From Veleropilina oligotropha (lineage: Eukaryota), in contig JBEUKZ010000113.1 of NCBI GenBank assembly GCA_048128005.1, positions 112,263 to 132,262 on the forward strand: 20,000 nt of DNA, read 5' to 3'. The notes below the pieces were generated by a model. It did not search any database and was not told where the DNA came from. It worked only from the letters and a program-made list of their open reading frames with translations. Positions within the stretch are counted from its first letter, which is position 1. The number at the start of each line of letters is the position of its first letter. Shown in pieces: positions 1 to 10,650 of the stretch. A program made the translations under genes and the position numbers.

Positions 1-701
1 AATATTAATTGTGTTGTGTTGGATTTTGTTTATTACTACTCTCCATGAGACACTGACAGTAGTATGTATCATCACTAGTTGGGACGCATCTAATAATTGA
101 TAGTCACGAACGTACGAAAATATTAATGCTGGTCGTGGTGACTTCTTTGAGAAAAGGTCTAAACATAGCGCGAGACTCGGTCGACTCACTCGATCTTTTC
201 TGGATAGTTTGGCTTCCTAGTTGACAGGGGAAGAAGTGCTAGTATTATAGGCTGGTTGTCTAATCGGAAAAACGTGTAGTTAAACCACGAGGCGCGACGC
301 GCCGAATTGTATAACTGCACAGGCTTTTCCGATTATATAGCACAAACCGAGTAATATAACCGACTTAAACCTTTGCACAAGTGTACCATAATTTAAAATA
401 TATAATTTTACTAACCTAATACTCCAATTTTTAGTGTAAGAAAGTAGTCCCCCGTGGAATAACTGCGAATATGATCAGTTAGGCAACGGGCCAAGACAAT
501 AGAATGACGTCTTAAAAATATTTTAGGAATAGTGCTTTATATGTGTTTGAACTGCATTTTCGATACGATAATTGACTCCTGTGTGAATGTAAAATTGAGT
601 CCCCCCAGCCAGTTTAAGTTTATAACGCAATGTATATTTGCTTACGCAACATCACAGAAATTATATACATAATATTATATATTTATAAATGTAGTGTGAA
701 T

Positions 702-2646
<1,945 letters not shown>

Positions 2647-2744
2647 TTATGCCTTTCATATAATTGTCTAATAAATACATACAAGCCAGAGCCGACCGTA
2701 ACTGGTCATCAATTGTATCAGTTTGAATGCCATGTTTCTCGTCG

Positions 2745-2817
2745 GTTCCCGTAGCTTAGTCGGTAGAGCGCCTCGACGGTATTGAGGAGATCGCGGGTTC
2801 GAGTCCCGTCGGGATAT
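2745..2817 (+). tRNA. tRNA-like cloverleaf, anticodon GGT (Thr-like), copy 1; probably tRNA-derived rather than a functional tRNA
   Basis: GTTCCCG TA GCTT AGTCGGTA GAGC G CCTCG ACGGTAT TGAGG AGATC GCGGG TTCGAGT CCCGT CGGGATA T. D, anticodon and T stems pair fully (with G.U). Acceptor stem is 5/7, and there is C at position 33 instead of U. A box TAGCTTAGTCGG, B box GGTTCGAGTCC. Confidence 0.7.
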
Positions 2818-2823
2818 ATGACA

Positions 2824-2827
2824 TTTT
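2824..2827 (+). terminator. Candidate RNA polymerase III terminator (T4) downstream of the tRNA-like unit; repeated in each unit
   Basis: TTTT begins 7 nt after the discriminator position. T4 or longer is the minimal metazoan Pol III terminator. Confidence 0.45.
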
Positions 2828-3032
2828 AACTGATACACAAATTTCATATGTTATTAATAATATTATGATATGGCGAATGACCGTATACATCGTTGCCAGT
2901 GCGTTAAATATATGTTGGTTAAAACAAAACCATGTTATGCCTTTCATATAATTGTCTAATAAATACATACAAGCCAGAGCCGACCGTAACTGGTCATCAA
3001 TTGTATCAGTTTGAATGCCATGTTTCTCGTCG

Positions 3033-3105
3033 GTTCCCGTAGCTTAGTCGGTAGAGCGCCTCGACGGTATTGAGGAGATCGCGGGTTCGAGTCCCGTCGG
3101 GATAT
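3033..3105 (+). tRNA. tRNA-like cloverleaf (GGT), copy 2
   Basis: Same sequence as 2745-2817, offset +288. Confidence 0.7.
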
Positions 3106-3320
3106 ATGACATTTTAACTGATACACAAATTTCATATGTTATTAATAATATTATGATATGGCGAATGACCGTATACATCGTTGCCAGTGCGTTAAATATA
3201 TGTTGGTTAAAACAAAACCATGTTATGCCTTTCATATAATTGTCTAATAAATACATACAAGCCAGAGCCGACCGTAACTGGTCATCAATTGTATCAGTTT
3301 GAATGCCATGTTTCTCGTCG

Positions 3321-3393
3321 GTTCCCGTAGCTTAGTCGGTAGAGCGCCTCGACGGTATTGAGGAGATCGCGGGTTCGAGTCCCGTCGGGATAT
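3321..3393 (+). tRNA. tRNA-like cloverleaf (GGT), copy 3
   Basis: Same sequence as 2745-2817, offset +576. Confidence 0.7.
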
Positions 3394-3608
3394 ATGACAT
3401 TTTAACTGATACACAAATTTCATATGTTATTAATAATATTATGATATGGCGAATGACCGTATACATCGTTGCCAGTGCGTTAAATATATGTTGGTTAAAA
3501 CAAAACCATGTTATGCCTTTCATATAATTGTCTAATAAATACATACAAGCCAGAGCCGACCGTAACTGGTCATCAATTGTATCAGTTTGAATGCCATGTT
3601 TCTCGTCG

Positions 3609-3681
3609 GTTCCCGTAGCTTAGTCGGTAGAGCGCCTCGACGGTATTGAGGAGATCGCGGGTTCGAGTCCCGTCGGGATAT
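3609..3681 (+). tRNA. tRNA-like cloverleaf (GGT), copy 4
   Basis: Same sequence as 2745-2817, offset +864. Confidence 0.7.
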
Positions 3682-4179
3682 ATGACATTTTAACTGATAC
3701 ACAAATTTCATATGTTATTAATAATATTATGATATGGCGAATGACCGTATACATCGTTGCCAGTGCGTTAAATATATGTTGGTTAAAACAAAACCATGTT
3801 AAGCCTTTCATATAATTGTCTAATAAACACATACACACACACACATACATACATAAAGTCATCTTATCAATATGGTACTTGGAGATGTGTGATATTGTAA
3901 TACATGTAGCAAAAGATTTACATGAACAGCGATCATTTTTCATATTTGCAGACAGGGAACATAAGTAAAGACTAGATACGTACGCCACACATTTAAAAGG
4001 CATTTTAAAACTATTCCTTATTAGTGTAGTACTGATGAGTATACAAATTGTTTTAATATGATTTTACGCAAGTACCAATTTCATACTAACATTTTTTTTT
4101 TAATGACAGAAGACCTGTGATTTGTTGTTTTAACCCCACGATTTGATTATTATTATGTATCAGAATGGATAAGAGCAAG

Positions 4180-4405
4180 GACACTGAATTAACTCGACTG
4201 ACTAATTTGCATGTCAATCCTGGGTTCGAATCCTCGGCGGAAGACTCTTTGTTCAAATAAGACCCACAATTGTCCTCGACTGACCGGTGACGACGGTTGT
4301 GCAGGACGATCGGACATTCATCCCGCCAAAATATGGATATTTCCTGGCATGAACCTGAAAGTCGTTGAAAGCGAAACATTAAGCATCAAGACTAATCAAG
4401 CTAAA
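4180..4405 (+). mobile_element. Degenerate tRNA-derived SINE
   Basis: Strong B box GGGTTCGAATCC (~4222-4233), degenerate A box upstream, and a 3' tail CTGAAAGTCGTTGAAAGCGAAACATTAAGCATCAA resembling lophotrochozoan SINE tails. Boundaries are approximate. Confidence 0.6.
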
Positions 4406-4659
4406 CATGAAAAGTGGGGCCGCCAGGGGGCGTATTGGATAAAAGATGGCCCCTAATTCACATGCATCATTGCTCAGATTCATATGAGTAGGTGCAATTC
4501 CACGGAATGCAGTTTGGGCTGCACAACAGTCACAGTTGCCCATAATTGGACGTTGAACGACCAGGCTTCCCAGCCGACAAAAGACGTTGTTACAATTTGC
4601 AAGATGGCAAAGTACATGCCTGTTAGGCGCTTGACCAGTCATTCTGACATATTCTGCCA

Positions 4660-4812
4660 CTGCCAACCAGGTACCCAATTAGATCTCGGATCAGCTGGGT
4701 GAACCGAGGCAATATATGCTTAATTCCTTACCCAAGGGAAGTCGCCGGGATCGGGGTTGAACCCCAAACCTCTCGAGTAGAAGCCAGTGCATCTACCACT
4801 ATACCACGGCTG
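4660..4812 (-). mobile_element. CORE (MIR-like) SINE fragment
   Basis: Minus strand reads A box TGGTATAGTGG, B box GGGTTCAACCCC, then CCTTGGGTAAGGAATTAAGCATATATTGCCTCGGTTCACCCAGCTG...AATTGGGTACC, which matches the CORE-domain pattern (ccttgggcaag..cttaac...gcctcagtt....ctg..aaatggg). Confidence 0.7.
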
Positions 4813-5537
4813 CAACTGTCTAGATGGATGATAATGAAATATTTTAAGATTGCAGATGCTGTTTTTCACACATCCATGTTTTTTTCATATTTAATATAAA
4901 CGAAAATGTGTTTTCCAAGACTTCACAAAAAATTAGATGACACAATATTAGCGTATAATAAAAGATGAATTTCTCGTGTATATAGTATATTTTTATGTAT
5001 TATTTTTAACAAATGTTGAATATTAATTCCTCGATGATTTTCAAACACTTTTGCTTGTAAATACGACATGTCGCAATATTTTAAAGCTGATAGACGTCTA
5101 GTGATAGCACTATCGTTATCTTATTGTAAATTAATGGTTTACAATAAGAAAAACATACCGTCCCATTCAACAATAAAATACTAAAATAGATATTTTAATA
5201 CATCGTTTATTCAAAGGAACATGCATATATAACTTCTAGATGACATAACAAATCGGTATCAGGTCGTAACCAGACATCGACATGCATTATTGATAAGATG
5301 CAACCGACTATAATCGCGAGCCGAGACCGGTTTATTACCTATTAATTTATACATATTCTCCATTATTATACGACCACTTTTGGCAATTGTTTAACCGTAT
5401 CGTTGTCGGGACACTTAGATCTGACCGACATACATTCTATTATTTTAAGCGGTAGAACGAACCGCCGATGGTCTCGAACCCGTGACGAACTAACGCTTCG
5501 GTTGAGAGTCTGACTATGAAAGCACAAGAGGCTCACC

Positions 5538-5779
5538 TTTAATTAATTAAGGCCTAGGCGGTAATTAATTACCGCCTAGGGGATAATTATAACCCCCTAG
5601 GCGGTAATTACCGCCTAGGCCTTAATTATAACCCCCTAGGCGGTAATTAATTACCGCCTAGGCGGTAATTATAACCCCCTAGGCGGTAATTAATTACCCC
5701 CTAGGCGGTAATTAATTAACCCCTAGGTGGTAATTATAACCCCCTAGGCGGTAATTAATTACCGCCTAGGGGGTAATTC
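5538..5779. repeat. Palindromic minisatellite, left arm of the fold-back element
   Basis: Reiterated CCTAGG cores joined by CGGTAATTAATTACCG or CGGTAATTATAACCC spacers. Confidence 0.93.
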
Positions 5780-6520
5780 TTAGTGCAACCAATCAAAATC
5801 GGTCTGTCATGAACTTGTTATACACAGAACCTCGGTAATCTCCGTCCGACGAAAATATTCATTACATATATATATATATATATATGGGCGACGTTGTGTT
5901 TATAATACATATAATATAGATATCGAGTGTCCTATAACTCTTGATAATAAATCCATCAGTAATATTCGTGCAATATACCTATCACCAAAGTGTTCGAATT
6001 TATTTAAATTATATATATCAGTAATATAATGCAATCTTGAATTGACCCATACACATATATATGCATGCCGTGACCTACAACATCTGTGCATTGACCTAGC
6101 TTTGTCTACAGCAGTCGGATCCCTACTGTCCCGTTTTGACCTATAATCAGTGTATCGAAATTTCTCGAATATCATCTTCATAACTCTTACACAATGGAAA
6201 TTGGTGAGAAATAATTTATTTATTTATTATTTTACTAACGCGGGTAACACGGGTTATATTCGTTATACATTCTTCTATTCTTGAAATAGAAATTTGCGGT
6301 GCTAACGAATTTTGCTCAACGGATCTGATGACGTCTGTAATAATTTGCCGAATATTATTAAAAAATGCCACAGTTGGTATAGCATCGCTATTTTCCATCT
6401 TCCATCTGTGAAATACGTCTGCATGCAGCTGCGTGACCTTCACTCAAGTATTTCACGAAACTAGCCGAGTCATATGAACCAAATAGAGAAACAACGCAGT
6501 CACTGATTGGCTGCATCATA

Positions 6521-6764
6521 TAATTACCGCCTAGGGGTTAATTAATTACCGCCTAGGGGGTTATAATTACCGCCTAGGCAGTAATTAATTACCGCCTAGG
6601 GGGTTATAATTACCCCTAGGCGGTAATTAATTACCGCCTAGGGGGTTATAATTAAGGCCTAGGCGGTAATTAATTACCGCCTAGGGGGTTATAATTACCG
6701 CCTAGGGGGTTATAATTACCCCCTAGGCGGTAATTAATTACCGCCTAGGCCTTAATTAATTAAA
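6521..6764. repeat. Palindromic minisatellite, right arm of the fold-back element
   Basis: Same units as the left arm in inverted orientation (GGGTTATAATTACCGCCTAGG). Confidence 0.93.
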
Positions 6765-6992
6765 GGTGAGCCTCTTGTGCTTTCATATCTGACGCTCACC
6801 ACTCACCCACCGATGCCTGAGAGACCGAGTTTGATAATATCTGACGAGACAGTGGAATATGTTAACCAACGCGGAAATGTGTGTGCGTATGGAAACGCCG
6901 AAGAATAATATTTTTATTCTTCATTTGTTTCCTAAACGCTAGTATGCCATCGATATTCAATTATGCATAACGTGACGTCATTGCTTTAATGA

Positions 6993-7560
6993 TTATTTAT
7001 TCATGATAATAATAATTGTCTTTTTTATAGCGCATTTTCCAAATTGTTCAAAAGCGCTGTACAATAGTTCCACCAATTTATCTAGCACGGTATCATACTT
7101 TATTTTAAAGAAATGAGTTTTCAGAAGCGATTTAAAAGAATAAATGGAATCAGCTTGTCGAATGTTAAGTGGCAGAGAGTTACAGACTTTTAGAGCATAA
7201 TATAACAAGAAAATGCATGATCTCTATAGCGAGCTGTCCTAGACTTTGGTATCTGGAGCGCATATTCAAAGATGATGATCTCAACTGTCTAGATGGATGA
7301 TACTCATGCAACAAGTTACGAATATATTGCGGGGCAACTCCGCACAAAGATTTGTATACAGGAAGTGACACTTTGAAGTCGATTCTGACATCTACTGGTA
7401 ACCAGTGAAGGGATTTGAGAACAGGTGTTATGTGATCGCGTCTCTTTGTCAGGGTGATCATCCGTGCAGCTTTGTTTTGAACTAATTGAAGCCTAGTCAA
7501 TTGTTCCCGGGGAATATCACAGAGTAGATTATTACCCTAGTCCAATCTGGCGATGACAAG
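6993..7560 (-). mobile_element. 5'-truncated, frameshifted L2/CR1-group LINE 3' end (ORF2 C-terminal region)
   Basis: Translation includes RLQLVQNKAARMITLTKRRDHITPVLKSLHWLPVDVRIDFK...RQLRSS and NSLPLNIRQADSIYSFKSLLKTHFF, followed by a 3' UTR with GCGCTATA and an (ATT)n tail near 6993-7017. Confidence 0.92.
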
Positions 7561-7741
7561 TGATCAACTTGTTAAATATGCACATACATAAATGCAAGTA
7601 TGGGGATAAGTAACAGGCAGCTTGTTCTTACGAAATCTTTTCGAATAATGAATTATGACATGTAGATGGTGAAAAACATGCTGAGGACAACTGCAGCGTG
7701 GGTGATATATTAATTTCTAGTTTATATAAATCTCATATCTA

Positions 7742-8174
7742 GGAGTAGGGTGCACTAGTCCTGTAATCCACTATATAGTCCGAGGGTTCAATATATTATA
7801 CTAGTCCTACCAAAATATTCAAGGAGGAGGCATTCTACGCTCGGTTGGCAGCTCCCGCGGATATGCGATAACGGGTGTATTGTAAGGCAATGAATAGCAT
7901 GTATAATCGTCCCTCGGACTAGTGGATCCTCGGACTAATGAACCATCGGACTAGTGTACCATCGGACTAGTGTACCATCGTACTAGTGTACCATCGGACT
8001 AGTGTACCATCAGACTAGTGTACCATCGGACTAGTGTACCATCAGACTTGTGTACCATCGGACTACTGTACCATCGGACTAGTGTACCATCTGACTAGTG
8101 TACCATCGTACTAGTGAACCATCGGACTAGTGTACCATCGGACTAGTGTACCATCGTACTAGTGAGCGTTTTCC
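7742..8174. mobile_element. Probable MITE with tandem subterminal 16-bp repeats
   Basis: Degenerate inverted copies of the unit (CACTAGTCC, TAGTCCGAGGGTTCA, ACTAGTCC) at ~7753-7807 face the expanded array, and the ends read GG...CC. No clean TSD was identified. Confidence 0.5.
7912..8165. repeat. 16-bp minisatellite (CCATCGGACTAGTGTA)n, ~16 copies
   Basis: Directly visible tandem units with minor variants. Confidence 0.95.
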
Positions 8175-9777
8175 ATAATTTCATAAGTTGTCGGATATAC
8201 GTCTTTATCGAGCACGACGTAGTTCGATAACGTTAAATTACTTAAAGCGCATTGTTCCGTCCTTAAAGACCAGGGTGACACTATAAAAGTGCGGAGGCGG
8301 TGACCATGTCATTTCTGTGTTGGCAACCGGCGAGACAACATCGAGGAATCGACATTATAAACAATATGATTGGATGGCAAATTGTGGAAACAAGACTGCG
8401 ACTTTGATTGACAGTCACATAGCAAAAGACTTACTTAATTATTGTGATGTAATGATGTGTTTCTTTAGTGTAGGCAATTAACTTCACAGGCAAGCTAGAT
8501 TCACCGACGACAGAAGGTCACGCCTCAAAAGCGCAGGTCTCGCCTACCTACCGGGTGATTGCAGATTCCGGCCTTTAAATTGTTTAATAATCTTAATGTA
8601 AATATTTATTTCAAATGCAATCAAAGTAATCAAAATGAAAAGTACGTGTTAAGAAAAATTATCCAGCATTAATGTGTATATGCAAGCGTAAAATGATATT
8701 CCATGTTTGCATATAATCTATCGAACATGATACTCTTACCTTGCAATTATGTTTCAATTGTGGTTCGTCTTGTCATAATACTCTGATATGCTTAGCACTT
8801 TTGATTATCTGGGATGTTGACTCATATATCAAATTCAATCCCACGCTAGTTAAACGTATTGCTCACCCACGTCTATTACCGGCCGACAAACATTAGCATC
8901 TATTTCAACAACACGTAACGTCTGCAGGTGACGTCTATATGCGTAAACGACGACACGTACATCTATAAAATCATCCAAGCAAGAACATCGGGCATACGTT
9001 ATCGAAGTCGTGGACCCGATAACGATTAAATTATATATACGTGAATATTTATCGTCATCAATACATTTCAATACACCAAATCACACAACTGGACTTCATA
9101 AACGGTATGTCCAGATAAGATTACTGCAATATCGCGGTTCTGTTAATTAGTTTATGACAAGCCAACCGCGTTAGATAAAATATTGATTAATTGTTTAAAC
9201 ACTCATTTAGAGGGCGAATTATAAATGTGCACTCAGCGCGAACGTGTTAATTTACGACATCGTCCAGCTAATCGATTTATGACGTACTCAGCAATCCGTG
9301 GCCGAAATAATGGTTTTGGTGACTTAATGTGTCAATAAAAGAAAAAGTGAAATTGCGGCAACTGAGGCACTAATATCTAGCGAAATATTATGAGCACTGG
9401 GGAAACAGTTTTAATTACAATTGTCAGGTAATGCACACAAATTGACCACGAAGTGCTTTCTTGATGACCAACTCTTAATGGTTGGTGGGATGTTTGTTAC
9501 AGGTCATATATTTAATAGCATAGCTATTTCAATTTTATATAATGACATTGACAGTACCACGCATTTGATTTGCATATTTTGGAAAATACATGCATTAACT
9601 CGATTTCTAACCTCACCAGGTAAATAAATATGCACACAACAGCTAGGCACGTCTACTTGTATGGGTATCAAATTTGATACCAAACGCCACGTCATATTGA
9701 TGGCGCAAAACTAATTTATGCATCTCGAGTCGGTCATCGGAATGGATTTTTATCAATCCAGATCCCGATCTTGTCGG

Positions 9778-9899
<122 letters not shown>

Positions 9900-10551
9900 T
9901 TGATGCAAGCCTGTCTTTGGAAGCGCACGTCAACACCGTCAGTAGAACATGTTACTACCACCTTCGAAATATTGCCAATATCCGCCATCTAATCACACTT
10001 GATGCAGCACATCACCTTGCAAGATCGTTGATCCTCTCAAGACTAGATTACTGCAATAGTCTTCTCGGAAATGCCCGTCAAGACCTCATTTCTAAACTTC
10101 AACGTGTCCAAAATGCAGCAGCAAGACTCATCACTAAAGGCAACAAACGTTCTCACATCTCCCCAGTACTCATCCAGCTCCACTGGTTGCCAATTCAAGC
10201 CAGGATCGATTACAAAATACTCAGCACCACGTACAGATGTATTCACGGAACAGCTCCATCTTAGTCAAGCAGTATGTGCCTACTCGCGCCCTCAGATCAG
10301 CCCCCAACTCTCAGCTTGTTGTGCCAGCGGCTCGTCTGAAGACTTTTGGACAACGTTCATTCACTTTCACATCTGCATCTCTCTGGAACTCGCTCCCTCT
10401 GACCATAAAGGAATCTCTAACACTGAACACTTTCAAATCGAGACTCAAAACCCACCTGTTTCACAAATACCATCATGTGTAAAGACTGCGCAACGAGCAA
10501 TCACTTGGTGTTTGGAACATTGGCGCTATATAAGACTACTTATTATTTTAT

Positions 10552-10555
<4 letters not shown>
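9900..10555 (+). mobile_element. 5'-truncated L2/CR1-group LINE 3' end with one frameshift
   Basis: Translation [28 protein letters not shown]...LILSRLDYCNSLL...KLQRVQNAAARLIT...HISPVLIQLHWLPIQARIDYK...GTAPS. After a frameshift near 10260 it continues YVPTRALRS...FGQRSF...LWNSLP...FKSRLKTHLF to a stop at 10482. The 3' UTR has GCGCTATATAA and a (TTA)n tail. Confidence 0.95.

Positions 10556-10648
<93 letters not shown>
10555..10648. repeat. (TA)n microsatellite
   Basis: Directly visible. Confidence 0.97.

Positions 10649-10650
<2 letters not shown>

Larger units (their letters stand above)
2647..3835 (+). repeat. 288-bp tandem array (4 full units plus a ~37-bp partial fifth); each unit contains a tRNA-like sequence
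   Basis: Units start with TTATGCCTTTCATATAATTGTC at 2647, 2935, 3223 and 3511; a partial unit starts at 3799 (TTAAGCC..., 2 substitutions). The identical minus-strand ORF translations spaced 288 bp apart confirm the period. Confidence 0.97.
5515..6787. mobile_element. Non-autonomous fold-back DNA transposon with a 6-bp TSD (IS3EU-like)
   Basis: 68-bp perfect TIR starting TATGAAAGCACAAGAGGCTCACC at 5515 and ending ...CTTGTGCTTTCATA at 6787. TCTGAC is duplicated at 5509-5514 and 6788-6793. TAY..RTA termini with a 6-bp TSD fit the IS3EU superfamily description. The superfamily call is less certain than the element itself. Confidence 0.9.
5365..6817 (-). mobile_element. tRNA-derived SINE split by the 5515-6787 insertion (pieces ~6794-6817 and ~5365-5514)
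   Basis: Removing the insert and one TSD gives GGCATCGGTGGGTGAGTGGTGAGCGTCAGACTCTCAACCGAAGCGTTAGTTCGTCACGGGTTCGAGACCATCGGCGG, which has an A box and a B box. A SINE-tail-like ATTGCCAAAAGTGGTCGTATAA follows near 5370-5390. Confidence 0.65.

Noticed and set aside
2647..3835. CRISPR array, or a canonical hammerhead, HDV-like, pistol or twister ribozyme in the unit
   Set aside because: There are no variable spacers and the context is eukaryotic. No CTGANGA...GAAA core was found on either strand. GGCGAATG and TTCTCGTC resemble HDV J4/2 and L3, and CGTTAAATA resembles pistol, but the required helices could not be built by eye.
2756..4003. Repeated 70-aa minus-strand ORF ([10 protein letters not shown]...PTGLEPAIS...)
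   Set aside because: It is the antisense reading of the 288-bp unit; 'PTGLEPA' is the typical antisense translation of a tRNA T-arm.
4032..4050. CTGATGAG motif (also CTGACGAG at ~6841) as a hammerhead core
   Set aside because: No downstream stem II plus GAAA and no flanking helices.
8262..8578. TTAAAGACCAGG ... CCGGCCTTTAA as Kolobok-like ends
   Set aside because: Similarity is too short and degenerate to distinguish from chance in AT-rich DNA.
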